Shown piece by piece: positions 7,474-17,967 of a DNA stretch of 64,000 nucleotides. The notes under the pieces are model-generated. The model was not told the DNA's origin, ran no database searches, and saw nothing but the letters and a program-made list of their open reading frames with translations. Every line of letters starts with the position of its first letter. Within the stretch, counting starts at the first letter, position 1. Source of the stretch: an uncultured Candidatus Saccharibacteria bacterium (GTDB lineage: Bacteria; Patescibacteriota; Dojkabacteria; SC72); contig CAZULJ010000001.1 of assembly GCA_964621195.1 (NCBI GenBank), positions 97,200-161,199 on the forward strand, read 5' to 3'. Made by a program: the position numbers and the translations under genes.

Positions 7474-9009
7474 ATGAATATAAAACAGAAAGTACTATTA
7501 ATAATATTGGACGGACTTGGTGCAGCTCCAGACTCTCCTGGCAATGCGGTAGTTAAAGCACAACCTCAGAATTTAGCAAAACTTTGGAGTACATCCCCAC
7601 ATACATATCTTCTAGCCTCTGGAGAGGCAGTGGGACTTCCAAAAGATGTAAAAGGTAATAGTGAGGTCGGACATATGAATATTGGAGCGGGAAGAGTCAT
7701 CATGCAAACCTTACCAAGAATAGATCAATCCATATCAAAAGGCCTCTTTTTTAAAAATGTTACACTACTTGAGGCTCTTAAGTATGCAAACAAGATGAAA
7801 TCAAGAGTTCATCTCCTCGGATTAGCAAGCGATGGAGGAGTACATTCACATATAGAGCATATAAAGGCAACAATTAAATACTTCTCCTTAAATAATTTCT
7901 CTGGAGAAGTATTCTTACACGCATTCACAGATGGTAGAGACTCTCCTCCAAATTCCTCAAAATCATACCTAGATCAAATCCAAAAATCCCTAGATGAAAA
8001 TGGAATTGGGAAAATAGCTACACTATGCGGTAGAGCATGGGCTATGGATAGAAATGAAAACTGGGATAGAACTCAAAAAGCCTACAACTTACTAACACAA
8101 AACATTGGAATACAGTGTGGGACATATACACAATGTATAAATAGCTCGTATGAGAGAAAGATAACTGATGAATTCATAGAACCAACCGTTTTAGTTCCAG
8201 GAAGTAATATTAAACCAAGAGATGTTGTACTCTTTCTCAATTTCAGACCAGATAGATCCCTACAATTAACAAGAGCATTGGTAGATAGTAACTTTGACTT
8301 CTTCCCGAGAGCAAATATATATCCCGTATATATGGCAAGTATGGTTGAATACAGAAAGAATTTCCCTCCAAAAGTACTCTTCCCAAAGCAATACATATCT
8401 CTACCAATTGGAAATATATTAGCTTCATCTGGTCTTCGACAGTTAAGAATTGCTGAATCAGAGAAATTCCCTCATGTAACATACTTCTTCAATGGCGGGG
8501 CTGCTGTAAGATATGCTAATGAAGATAGGATAGAGGTACCTTCTCCCTCTGTACCTACATATGATATGAAACCCGAAATGAGTGCAGTACAAATGACAAA
8601 CCTCCTTATCAACAAAATAGAATCAAGCGTATATGACTTCATTGTTGTAAATTTTGCAAATCCCGATATGATTGGACACTCTGGAAACTTAGAAGCTACT
8701 ACAAAAGCCGTTTCGGTGGTAGATTTCTGCGTAAACGAACTAGTTAGACACTTCACGGTACGTGGAGGTGCCGTAATTATCACTGCAGATCATGGTAATG
8801 CCGAAGAGGTAATAAACCTTGAAACAGGAGAAATGGATACGGAACATTCACTTAATCCAGTTCCGCTGATAATTGTAGGAACAGGATTACCACCAAGAAG
8901 CCTACCATACGGAGCTCTGAAGGACATAACCCCAACAGTACTTGATATAATGGGAATACCAATTCCTTCTGATATGACCGGAGTAACACTCCTGAAATCA
9001 GTTCTTTGA
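7474..9009 (+). CDS. gpmI: 2,3-bisphosphoglycerate-independent phosphoglycerate mutase, paralog 1
   Basis: LDGLG...GNSEVGH...DGRD...ITADHGN are the alkaline-phosphatase-superfamily iPGM motifs. Confidence 0.9.
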   Translation: MNIKQKVLLIILDGLGAAPDSPGNAVVKAQPQNLAKLWSTSPHTYLLASGEAVGLPKDVKGNSEVGHMNIGAGRVIMQTLPRIDQSISKGLFFKNVTLLEALKYANKMKSRVHLLGLASDGGVHSHIEHIKATIKYFSLNNFSGEVFLHAFTDGRDSPPNSSKSYLDQIQKSLDENGIGKIATLCGRAWAMDRNENWDRTQKAYNLLTQNIGIQCGTYTQCINSSYERKITDEFIEPTVLVPGSNIKPRDVVLFLNFRPDRSLQLTRALVDSNFDFFPRANIYPVYMASMVEYRKNFPPKVLFPKQYISLPIGNILASSGLRQLRIAESEKFPHVTYFFNGGAAVRYANEDRIEVPSPSVPTYDMKPEMSAVQMTNLLINKIESSVYDFIVVNFANPDMIGHSGNLEATTKAVSVVDFCVNELVRHFTVRGGAVIITADHGNAEEVINLETGEMDTEHSLNPVPLIIVGTGLPPRSLPYGALKDITPTVLDIMGIPIPSDMTGVTLLKSVL

Positions 9010-9624
9010 TCTTTTCTTCAAAAAACCTCTCATAATATACAGAACGAATATAAGCAGAAGAACTACTAAGATCCCTTTCTCATACTTTGCTATATAGCTA
9101 CTAACCAATTCCCAACTATCACCTAGGAAAAAACCTGCAGAAGTTAATATCGTGTTCCATACTAATGATCCAATAAGTGTATATATACTAAATACTGTAA
9201 AATTCATCTTAGCAACACCAGCAGGAAAAGATATCAACGTCCTTACAATAGGTATAAGCCTTCCTATTAGTACAATCTTTTTCCCATGCTTATCAAACAA
9301 ACTAAAAACCCAATCTACATCGTCTCTTTGTATAAAAAGGTATTTACCATATTTATCAAGAAACTTAAAAACAAACTTCTCTCCCCAAAGACCAATAAAG
9401 TAGAAAGTAAGAGTACCAAGATATGCAGCTAAGGTTGCAATAGCAATGACTAGATAGATATTTAAAACACCTTGGGAAGCAACAAAACCAGAAAAAGGTA
9501 AAATTATCTCACTTGGTATTGGGGCAAAGAAACTCTCTATGAATACAGAAAGTGCCACTCCCGGATACCCTAGCGTAGAAATAATGTTCACAAGCCAATC
9601 TATAAAGTTCTGAGTCATATTCAA
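8998..9624 (-). CDS. DedA/SNARE-associated family membrane protein
   Basis: GYPGVALSVFIESFFAPIPSEIILPFSGF is typical of DedA. Confidence 0.7.
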   Translation of the reverse strand: MNMTQNFIDWLVNIISTLGYPGVALSVFIESFFAPIPSEIILPFSGFVASQGVLNIYLVIAIATLAAYLGTLTFYFIGLWGEKFVFKFLDKYGKYLFIQRDDVDWVFSLFDKHGKKIVLIGRLIPIVRTLISFPAGVAKMNFTVFSIYTLIGSLVWNTILTSAGFFLGDSWELVSSYIAKYEKGILVVLLLIFVLYIMRGFLKKRSKN

Positions 9625-9639
9625 AATGAAAAAGGTTAA

Positions 9640-10182
9640 TTACTCTTCAGATGATATATTAAAGATCATACTGTTTCCAACTTCAACCCTATTAATTCTT
9701 ACAAAGCCAGAATTTACCTCCAAAACATACTTAAAAGGGGCACCTGAGTAAATATTTGGACATTTATATATACTCTCACATGGCTTTAGACCCTCCTTAA
9801 TATCAACAATAAAACCTTCGCTATCTATAAACAGCATATCTAGGGATATCAACATATCTTTCATCCAAAAAGGTGAGATCTCTTCTTTTTCCATTACAAA
9901 AAGCATACCCTCATAGTCCCCAAGATTCTTTCTACCAGATAACCCTAGAGCTCTCTTAGCATCAGTATCTGAGACATCTACCTTAACAACAATTGTATTA
10001 CCCTCTTCATTGTATATTTCAACACTACTATCACCTGAGATCTCTTCGACTTCCACTTGCTCTTCTTTCTTCTCCTGTGAGCCTTTAAAAGAGACATCGA
10101 AAATACCGTACCTATCCTGTACAAAGAAGAAGATAACAGCCACAAAGAATATATACAGTACAACCTTTAGTGAATTACTCAT
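9640..10182 (-). CDS. DUF192-family protein with N-terminal TM anchor
   Basis: MLFVMEKEEISPFWMKDMLISLDMLFID resembles the DUF192 (COG1430) core. Confidence 0.55.
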   Translation of the reverse strand: MSNSLKVVLYIFFVAVIFFFVQDRYGIFDVSFKGSQEKKEEQVEVEEISGDSSVEIYNEEGNTIVVKVDVSDTDAKRALGLSGRKNLGDYEGMLFVMEKEEISPFWMKDMLISLDMLFIDSEGFIVDIKEGLKPCESIYKCPNIYSGAPFKYVLEVNSGFVRINRVEVGNSMIFNISSEE

Positions 10183-10282
10183 ACATAGATAATACCCCTA
10201 AGAATAGCTTTTTAAAAGTATATAGACAGAGAGAGATGGATAATGTAAAATGCGCATGCCATAAATTTGCCTAACAAAGCAA

Positions 10283-12490
10283 ATGCAAACATTCGAAAAG
10301 GAGCTCAACCCAATATTTACACGGGTAGATGAGATTAAAGATTTCAAAGAGGTAATACCACAAACAAAGACAGAACAAGAGGAGTATCCTCATCTTGAAA
10401 AGGTCACTCAGATAAATGCGGATACTGCAAAGAAAATGATTAAAAGATTGAAAGATCTTGAAATCGAACTTGAAGAGCAAGCGAAAGCTATTCAGATGGA
10501 AACTGATCTTGACGCAAGAAAGGATGCTGTTGGTATCTACAACAAGATATTAAAAAGCATTGAAGAGTGTATAGAGAGAATTAACAGAGAGTTAATAAAA
10601 TTAGATTCCCCGTATTTCGGTAAAATACTCTTCCAAATGAAACTAAGTGGTGAAGAAAGAATCCTACCAATATACATAGGTAAGTTTGCACTAATGGACC
10701 AAGATACCTACAGACCTCTCATTAGTGACTGGAGAGCCCCTATCGCAAACATTTACTATGAAAACAGCGGACCAACAAAAAACCTCTCCTATGAAAGTCC
10801 TACTGGTCCGAAAGATGGTAATTTACTCCAAAAAAGACAATTCAACATTACAGAGGCTAGATTTAAGCATATATACGATGCAAAGACAGGCAATGCTGCT
10901 GCAGACGAATTCTTGCTAGCCCAATTAACTGAAAGAATGGGACAAAAGTTAAAAGATATCGTATCCACAATTCAAGCTCAACAAAATGACATAATAAGGG
11001 ATGGGGTTGAGAAACCAATAATAATACAGGGAGTAGCTGGCAGTGGTAAAACAACAATACTTTTACACAGACTTGCATACCTCTTCTATACATACAAAGA
11101 AAAGATTAGAGCAGAGAAAAGCTTAATAATAGGACCTAACAAAGTCTTCCTAGACTACATAGCAGATGTACTACCAAGTCTTGGAGTAGAAAATGTAGAG
11201 GCAAATACCTATATGTTCTGGGCAAAGAATATCCTTGGTTGGGATAACTCCTACATCATACATCCATCAAAAGAGGACTTAAAGATAAAAGAGTACAAGG
11301 GATCATTAGAATATATTGATATCCTCGATTCATACTTCGAAGAATTTGAATCAGACTTACTCGAAAATATACCCTACTCTAGGAAAGATGTCGTTAGAAG
11401 AAGATACTATGAACTAAAAAACACATACCCATATATAACAATGGATGAAAGATTAACCCTTTCCTTGGACTATGCATTCGCACAAAAGCAATTCAGAGAG
11501 AGAAAAACCGGCTTTCTAACAGATACACATGAGCTAGATTTACAGAAAAAAAAGGAGATAACAAAGTACTTTGAAACATCAACAGTACCAATTGAGATAT
11601 ACAGAAGAATGTTTAGGAAGGGATATATAAAGAAAGATATTGCTAAATATACATTGGAAGGTGTTGCAAGATCTGGAAAGACAAAAACATATCGGATGGA
11701 AGATCTTGCTCCAATACTGTATCTTCATCTCAAGATACATGGCCATAAAGAGTATGAAAAAGAGTATGTAATGATCGATGAAGCACAAGATCTTAGCTTG
11801 ATACAAATACTTACACTTCTTCAAATTGCAAAAAAACAGAATGTAACAATAGCTGGAGATCTAGCCCAATCAATAATCCCACCCTTCTATATCAAAGATT
11901 GGAAACAGGTAATGAAACTCTTTGAAAAATGGGAAATTAAAAACTACTCATATCACCAACTACATCGTTGCTACAGAACTACCTTAGAAATAATTGAGTA
12001 TGCAAATGATATCTTTATAGAAAGATTTCCAACAAGCTATAAACTTCCAGAGGCAGTACTAAGACATGGGGAAAAGATACAAAACATTGTACATAACAAT
12101 GAGATCTCAAAGATAACAGAAAAAGAACTAAAGTCTTTTGTTGATTTGATAAAAAAAGAGTTTGAGAAGGGATCAACAACATGTGCAATTATCTGTAAAG
12201 ATAAGGAGCATACTAAACAAACATACGAGAGGTTAATACAATATGAAGATTACATAGAAAGAGATATTGTTGATTACACTACAAACGATTACAAAACTGG
12301 ATTACTAATACTAACCGTAGAGGAAGCAAAGGGACTAGAGTTTGATACTGTAATAATTCTTGATATAAACGAAGAGAGCTATCCAGACACAGAGCTCGCA
12401 ACAAGACTTTTCTATGTTGCAATTACAAGAGCATTACACCGATTAGTGATAATTGAGAATAGTAATAAATCACCATTGCTTCACAAATGA
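10283..12490 (+). CDS. UvrD/Rep-family superfamily-1 DNA helicase with N-terminal coiled-coil (HelD-like)
   Basis: Walker A GVAGSGKTT. DEAQD box (YVMIDEAQDL). C-terminal VEEAKGLEFDTVIILD and YVAITRA motifs. Confidence 0.8.
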   Translation: MQTFEKELNPIFTRVDEIKDFKEVIPQTKTEQEEYPHLEKVTQINADTAKKMIKRLKDLEIELEEQAKAIQMETDLDARKDAVGIYNKILKSIEECIERINRELIKLDSPYFGKILFQMKLSGEERILPIYIGKFALMDQDTYRPLISDWRAPIANIYYENSGPTKNLSYESPTGPKDGNLLQKRQFNITEARFKHIYDAKTGNAAADEFLLAQLTERMGQKLKDIVSTIQAQQNDIIRDGVEKPIIIQGVAGSGKTTILLHRLAYLFYTYKEKIRAEKSLIIGPNKVFLDYIADVLPSLGVENVEANTYMFWAKNILGWDNSYIIHPSKEDLKIKEYKGSLEYIDILDSYFEEFESDLLENIPYSRKDVVRRRYYELKNTYPYITMDERLTLSLDYAFAQKQFRERKTGFLTDTHELDLQKKKEITKYFETSTVPIEIYRRMFRKGYIKKDIAKYTLEGVARSGKTKTYRMEDLAPILYLHLKIHGHKEYEKEYVMIDEAQDLSLIQILTLLQIAKKQNVTIAGDLAQSIIPPFYIKDWKQVMKLFEKWEIKNYSYHQLHRCYRTTLEIIEYANDIFIERFPTSYKLPEAVLRHGEKIQNIVHNNEISKITEKELKSFVDLIKKEFEKGSTTCAIICKDKEHTKQTYERLIQYEDYIERDIVDYTTNDYKTGLLILTVEEAKGLEFDTVIILDINEESYPDTELATRLFYVAITRALHRLVIIENSNKSPLLHK

Positions 12491-13743
12491 GCATATATGG
12501 ACTTCTAATAGGGATATGTGTAGTAATAGGCTTTGAACTCATTAGAAAGAAAATCCCTAGATTTACAATCCTAGACTCCCTGCTATTGATTCTTTCAGCA
12601 CTAATTGGTTCAAGGATTCTTTTTCTACTACACAATATTGAAGAGATACAGAGTGAAATTGTAAAACCTTTTAATCTATGGGATGGCGGATTGGCAATAT
12701 ATGGGGCAATATTTGGCATACTTCTCGCAATAATAGTTATTGCCAAAAGAAAAGATATAAACTTCTTTGAAATATCAGATCCCATACTCCTTTACCTACC
12801 CCTTTTACAATCAATAGGTAGGATAGGTAATTACTTTAACAAAGAGCTATACGGTATACCTACAAACTTACCTTGGGCAATAGAGATACCAATAGAAAAT
12901 AGATTGCCAGGATATGAACAGTACTCTCTTTTTCATCCGACATTTGCATATGAAGCGATACTGAATATTCTGCTTTTTCTGTCTTTAAAATATCTCTCCC
13001 CAAAAAACATAAAAGGTGCTGTCTCTGGAATATATTTGATAGGTTACTCCTTAATCCGTTTACTAATAAATTTGCTAAGAGTTGATAAAGAGTACTTTCT
13101 CTTAATTGAGACTTCTGATCTCTTTTCTGGTATATTCCTAGGATTAGGTTTACTAATTCTGATAATGATAAGCGATAACAAATGGAAGAAAAAACTTGCG
13201 AGATTCTTTTCAAGACCCGTTATGCTTTTTCTGGTCGTACTAGCATCAATTGTTTTTATTACTGAAAGCTCCCTTTCAACTACATATGCATATATAATAT
13301 CCATACTTACATTTGTAGTACCACTAGCTACAATACTTCTCTTTAAAAGCTTAGGAATAATTTCCGACATTAATGCGACAAAGAGAGAGGAAAGGCCAAG
13401 GCTCTACATTGTAATGCTAATCTCTTTTCTAATTTCACTGTATATTACTTTTTTAAGTGGCATAGAAAGTTTAATAACGGTATTCTTGGTAATCAATATC
13501 ACCTTTGTACTTGGACTTGTCATAACTCTCTTTTGGAAGATAAGTTACCATATGATATGGAGCATACTTTCTCTTTTTGTAATTTTTTACATATCACAAA
13601 ATCCATATGCATTACTACTAGTAATATTACTTCCATTCATTGCTTGGTCCAGAATTGAGAGAAAAAGGCATACCCTACCTCAAGTAATCGCTGGAGTAGT
13701 ATTACCATTAATATGCATCATTCTTGTTTTAACCTTCGTTTAA
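12487..13743 (+). CDS. lgt: prolipoprotein diacylglyceryl transferase fused to a ~130-aa C-terminal multi-TM extension
   Basis: Lgt motifs DGGLAIYGAIFG and QSIGRIGNYFNKELYG. At 418 aa it is ~130 aa longer than typical Lgt. The extension has a partial PAP2-like SRx5Hx3Q. Confidence 0.8.
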   Translation: MSIYGLLIGICVVIGFELIRKKIPRFTILDSLLLILSALIGSRILFLLHNIEEIQSEIVKPFNLWDGGLAIYGAIFGILLAIIVIAKRKDINFFEISDPILLYLPLLQSIGRIGNYFNKELYGIPTNLPWAIEIPIENRLPGYEQYSLFHPTFAYEAILNILLFLSLKYLSPKNIKGAVSGIYLIGYSLIRLLINLLRVDKEYFLLIETSDLFSGIFLGLGLLILIMISDNKWKKKLARFFSRPVMLFLVVLASIVFITESSLSTTYAYIISILTFVVPLATILLFKSLGIISDINATKREERPRLYIVMLISFLISLYITFLSGIESLITVFLVINITFVLGLVITLFWKISYHMIWSILSLFVIFYISQNPYALLLVILLPFIAWSRIERKRHTLPQVIAGVVLPLICIILVLTFV

Positions 13744-13784
13744 TTTTGATAGAATTCATATATTAACCTGTATCAACAAAGATT

Positions 13785-15212
13785 GTGGACAACCTTAGTA
13801 TTGTAGAACTTAGGAAAAAATTACTTAAAAAAGAACTCTCTTCCAGAGAAATTACGCAGTATTACTTAGAGCAGATAGAGAAGAAAGATAAAGAGTTGAA
13901 TGCATATATCTCCATATTTGCTGAAGAATCTTTAAAAAAGGCTGAGGAGTTTGATAATGATTTTGAAAATCAGAAAGAGAAAAAACTAGGGGGTATTCCA
14001 CTTGCAATCAAAGATATCTTTTCAACCAAAGGTTTACCAACAACAGCAGCATCCCATATCTTAGATGGTTACAAGCCCGTATATGAGTCTACAGTAACAC
14101 AAAAACTTCTTGATGAAGGGGCAATCATTCTAGGTAAAACAAATCTGGATCAGTTCTGCCACGGATCTTCTACAATTACTTCCTACTACGGTAGAACAAT
14201 GAACCCCCATGATCTTTCAAGATTACCCGGAGGTTCAAGCGGTGGCAGTAGTGCAGCAGTAGCTGCAGATATGTGTGCAGGAGCACTTGGTACAGAGACT
14301 GCAGGTTCAATAAGGTTACCAGCATCTTGGTGTGGAATTGTTGGATTAAAACCAACATATGGAAGAGTATCTAGATATGGAGTCCTAGCAATGGGATCCT
14401 CTCTTGATAGTCCTGGACCACTTGTTAAAAGTGTAGAGGATAGTGCATTAATTCTTTCAATAATAGCGGGGTATGATCACCATGATTTTACTACTTACAA
14501 AGATGCTGTACCCAACTACTTAGAAAATATTGATAAAAGTGTTGTAAAAAGTATGCATCTTGCAATACCAAAGGAGTACTTGGAGCTTGAATTAGAGAAA
14601 GGAGTCCTTGATAATTTCCAGAAATCCATCGATATACTAAAGGGATTCGGAGCAAGTATTGAATATGTAAATATTCTAGATCCTAAATTTGCAATGGCAG
14701 TATATACAATTACATGTAGAAGCGAAGTTTCTTCCAACTTAGCGAGATATGATGGTACAAGATATGGATTGGAAGGAAAGGATAAATCAACAGTAAAAGA
14801 GTACTATGAATCAACAAGAGGAGAGGGATTTGGGCAAGAGTCAAAAAGAAGAGTTATGACAGGAACTTACTCTCTTTCTGCCGGATATGCTGATGAATAT
14901 TTTAGGAAATCAGAACAGGTTAGACAATTGATAAGGGAGGATTTAGATAAGGTATTAAAAGATTACGATTGTATAGTATCTCCAACTACTCCATCTATAG
15001 CCTTAAAAGAGGAAGATGCTGACAACCCACTCTTTGGGGAAATTGCGGATGTACTAGCAGAAGGAAGCTCAGAAGCAGGATTACCTGGGATATCAATACC
15101 CAACGGTACATCAGAAAAACTACCAACAGGTATACAGTTTATCGGAAAGCATCTTGATGAGCAGAGCATAATAAATGCAGCAAAAGCACTTGAAGAAAAC
15201 CTAAAGAATTAA
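13785..15212 (+). CDS. gatA: Glu-tRNA(Gln) amidotransferase subunit A
   Basis: Amidase signature GGSSGGSSAAVAA. Apparent GTG start. Confidence 0.9.
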   Translation: MDNLSIVELRKKLLKKELSSREITQYYLEQIEKKDKELNAYISIFAEESLKKAEEFDNDFENQKEKKLGGIPLAIKDIFSTKGLPTTAASHILDGYKPVYESTVTQKLLDEGAIILGKTNLDQFCHGSSTITSYYGRTMNPHDLSRLPGGSSGGSSAAVAADMCAGALGTETAGSIRLPASWCGIVGLKPTYGRVSRYGVLAMGSSLDSPGPLVKSVEDSALILSIIAGYDHHDFTTYKDAVPNYLENIDKSVVKSMHLAIPKEYLELELEKGVLDNFQKSIDILKGFGASIEYVNILDPKFAMAVYTITCRSEVSSNLARYDGTRYGLEGKDKSTVKEYYESTRGEGFGQESKRRVMTGTYSLSAGYADEYFRKSEQVRQLIREDLDKVLKDYDCIVSPTTPSIALKEEDADNPLFGEIADVLAEGSSEAGLPGISIPNGTSEKLPTGIQFIGKHLDEQSIINAAKALEENLKN

Positions 15213-16105
15213 GGTTGCAATATATCTTCAGTTCGACCGTCTATGGATATTACTACTGTATCTATAGTTGGAAACTGTTTCAATGTTTCAGAGATCTGAG
15301 CTCTAATACTCGTAACTTTACAACTTCCACCTACCATTTCCTCTAATCGACTATTAAGGTCCACCCTAGCTACACCATTTGAAATCTCAAGACTTTGTAT
15401 TACAACTCCATCATTAATATTACTGTAATATCCTAAATCTTTTTCATCTTGAGTAACTCCTTTAAAAAGCTCCTCAAGTGAAGCACGACCTACAGCCAAT
15501 GTTTCTGGAACACTCCTCCCTACAGGAAATACCTTACTGCAATCCTCTGGAGAACCCATATCTACATTTGGGAAATATACCTTCAAAACAATATTCTTTT
15601 GCGAAGGGAGAAGAGAAAATTTCATATCTATACTATCCTCATACTCCTTTAAACCAGAAGGATTACTCTTTTCAAACTTAAGTGTAATCTCGGTTTCTTT
15701 TGTAACTAAAGTACTCAATACAAATTCAAAAGGAACATTCTCCTGTGTCATCCAATCCTCTTTCGCTGTAGCAACAAGAGTATCTATCTCTTCACCATCA
15801 GAATCAAAAACACGAACAGGAAATTCACCTTCAAAATACCAAGTTCCTGTAATTTCACCAGTAACTAAAGTATCTTTTTCTAACTTATCCCCCTCCTCTA
15901 TCTCATACAGAATCAGCTCAATATCATTTTTGCTAAATGCTCCTTTCTTGTCCTCCTGCTCCTCCTCCTTCTCACAGATGTTTGTAATATTCCTACATAC
16001 ACTGTACTTACAACATAGATCTCCATCTTTTAACATATATGAGAAAAAAATTATGGAAACAGATAGTAAAACAATACTAACTATTAACAGAATATTCTTT
16101 ATCAT
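15209..16105 (-). CDS. membrane-anchored Gmad2/GerMN-domain protein
   Basis: N-terminal TM. C-terminal region resembles GerMN (sporulation/germination-associated) domains. Confidence 0.5.
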   Translation of the reverse strand: MIKNILLIVSIVLLSVSIIFFSYMLKDGDLCCKYSVCRNITNICEKEEEQEDKKGAFSKNDIELILYEIEEGDKLEKDTLVTGEITGTWYFEGEFPVRVFDSDGEEIDTLVATAKEDWMTQENVPFEFVLSTLVTKETEITLKFEKSNPSGLKEYEDSIDMKFSLLPSQKNIVLKVYFPNVDMGSPEDCSKVFPVGRSVPETLAVGRASLEELFKGVTQDEKDLGYYSNINDGVVIQSLEISNGVARVDLNSRLEEMVGGSCKVTSIRAQISETLKQFPTIDTVVISIDGRTEDILQP

Positions 16106-16192
16106 ATTTTTTAGAGAATAAATCTAATATTTAAGTATACCTAAATATTAGGAAAAGATTAATAGCATTTTTTTATCATTGGAAAAGGAAAG

Positions 16193-16266
16193 TGAGCCGC
16201 CTGAGACTCGAACTCAGCACCTACTGCTTAAAAGGCAGTTGCTCTAACCTGATGAGCTAGCGGCCC
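16193..16266 (-). tRNA. tRNA-Lys (anticodon UUU)
   Basis: Hand-folded: acceptor GGGCCGC, anticodon stem ACTGC/GCAGT with loop CTTTTAA, T-loop GAGTTCGAGTCTC. Confidence 0.85.
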
Positions 16267-16302
16267 GTAACGGATATGATTATAACCTTTCAAGATATAC
16301 TT

Positions 16303-16941
16303 TTACAAGCTTTTTGTTAAAAGCTCTTTTACAGGTTTAAACGACCTCCTATGAAGAGAACAAGGACCATACTTCTTTAGAAGATCCATGTGTAGTTTGG
16401 TACCATAACCAACATGTTTTTCAAAAGAATAGTCTGGAAATTCCTTAGAAATATCCTTCATATACCTATCCCTAGTAACCTTCGCAAGTATTGAAGCAGC
16501 AGAAATAGAGTAATGCTTTAAATCCCCTGCTTTGATCTTCTCCATATGATATCCAGAAATTGTTGCAACATTAGTACCATCTACAATTAAATAGCTTGCT
16601 CTACTACCAAGCATACTCTCTACCTGTTTGAGAGCACTCTCCATGGCCATCTTAACAGCATCCTGTATACCCACCTCATCTATTACCTGAGAATCTATCA
16701 TAGCAACACCCCATGCCAAGCAATTACTCTTAATATATTCAATAACTTCCTCCCTTTTCTTTTCCGTCATCTTCTTACTATCTCTTACAAATGGGTGTAT
16801 CTCAGAGGAAGGAGAAAGAACAACCGCCCCTGCAGATACAGGTCCTGCAAGTGGTCCTCTACCAGCCTCATCAATACCTACTACATATTTAAAACCTTTC
16901 TTCCAAAGCTTCTCTTCTAATTTTGTATCTGGAAATTGCAT
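16303..16941 (-). CDS. rnhB: ribonuclease HII
   Basis: VGIDEAGRGPLAGPV and the downstream conserved D/E residues. Confidence 0.9.
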   Translation of the reverse strand: MQFPDTKLEEKLWKKGFKYVVGIDEAGRGPLAGPVSAGAVVLSPSSEIHPFVRDSKKMTEKKREEVIEYIKSNCLAWGVAMIDSQVIDEVGIQDAVKMAMESALKQVESMLGSRASYLIVDGTNVATISGYHMEKIKAGDLKHYSISAASILAKVTRDRYMKDISKEFPDYSFEKHVGYGTKLHMDLLKKYGPCSLHRRSFKPVKELLTKSL

Positions 16942-17021
16942 AAAGAAATATTACTACATTCTGGCAATATTCCATACAGTAATGTACGATATATATGTAT
17001 TAATTTTTAAATATATTAAAC

Positions 17022-17381
17022 ATGAGTTCATCAGATGATTTTTTCAAAGGATTACTCTTTGGTACTGCAGTAGGAGTTGCCGCTGGTATTCTTTTAGCTC
17101 CTAAATCAGGCGCAGAAACAAGAGAAGATTTAAGAAAGTTTGCAGTTGAGACTGGAGACAAAATGGAAAAGGCATATAGAAAAGCAAGAAGAGAGATAAA
17201 CAAAAGAGTAAGAGATTTAAAGGAAGCGGGAAAGAATATTGACTTGGAAGGATACAAGAAATTAGTAAGTCGAGTTGTAGAAGAGATAAAGCAGGATGGA
17301 GAGGTAACATCAGAGGTAGCAAAAGAGATTGGTATGAAATTAAATGAAGATTGGTCTGAAATAAAGGAAGCAGCTCTCTAA
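17022..17381 (+). CDS. YtxH-like (DUF948) membrane-associated protein
   Basis: FFKGLLFGTAVGVAAGILLAPKSGAETREDLRK. Confidence 0.6.
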   Translation: MSSSDDFFKGLLFGTAVGVAAGILLAPKSGAETREDLRKFAVETGDKMEKAYRKARREINKRVRDLKEAGKNIDLEGYKKLVSRVVEEIKQDGEVTSEVAKEIGMKLNEDWSEIKEAAL

Positions 17382-17422
17382 GGTTGTATTTTATCATGTC
17401 TAGATATACAATCTAGACACTG

Positions 17423-17499
17423 CGAGAGTAGTTCAGCTGGCTAGAATGTCTCCTTCCCAAGGAGAAGGTCGCGGGTTCGAATCCCGTCTCTCGCTCCAA
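17423..17499 (+). tRNA. tRNA-Gly (anticodon CCC), CCA encoded
   Basis: Acceptor GCGAGAG/CTCTCGC, anticodon stem TCTCC/GGAGA with loop TTCCCAA. Confidence 0.85.
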
Positions 17500-17504
17500 T
17501 TTGA

Positions 17505-17891
17505 ATGAAAACAATAAAATTCACACCACAATTAACCCTCCTGATCAAACAAGGCAAAAAGACAACAACTTTTAGGCTCTTTGACGAGAAGACTCTTTCA
17601 AAAGGCGATGACGTAATTCTTGCGACAAGGAATGGTGAAAAAATTACAAATTTTGCAAACGCAATAATTACAGATGTCAGTATCAAAACTCTTGAGACCC
17701 TTTCAAAAGAAGACTATGTTGGACACGAACCTATCCCAAACGAAGATAGAGTTAAGTATTACTCCCAATTCTATGGAGACCGGGTAAGACCTAATTCCGA
17801 AGTAAAGATTATCAGATTTCAAATTACTAAGTTTTTAATTGATCAAAACAGCTATCTCTGTTACAATTCCTGTTACGTATTGCTGATGTAG
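17505..17891 (+). CDS. ASCH (PUA-like) domain protein
   Basis: TPQLTLLIKQGKKTTTFR matches the ASCH N-terminal signature. The 3' end of the ORF runs into tRNA-Thr, so the true stop may be earlier. Confidence 0.5.
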   Translation: MKTIKFTPQLTLLIKQGKKTTTFRLFDEKTLSKGDDVILATRNGEKITNFANAIITDVSIKTLETLSKEDYVGHEPIPNEDRVKYYSQFYGDRVRPNSEVKIIRFQITKFLIDQNSYLCYNSCYVLLM

Positions 17892-17954
17892 CTCAGCTGG
17901 TAGAGCATTCCCTTCGTAAGGGACAGGTCGAAGGTTCGAATCCTTCCATCAGCT
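17882..17954 (+). tRNA. tRNA-Thr (anticodon CGU)
   Basis: Acceptor GCTGATG/CATCAGC, D-arm AGCTCAGCTGGTAGAGC, anticodon loop TTCGTAA. Confidence 0.8.
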
Positions 17955-17967
17955 TTTCTTTAAAACT

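Noticed and set aside
8998-9009. Possible functional coupling of gpmI with the downstream DedA gene
   Set aside because: The genes are convergent and only their 3' ends overlap by 12 nt. No operon relationship.
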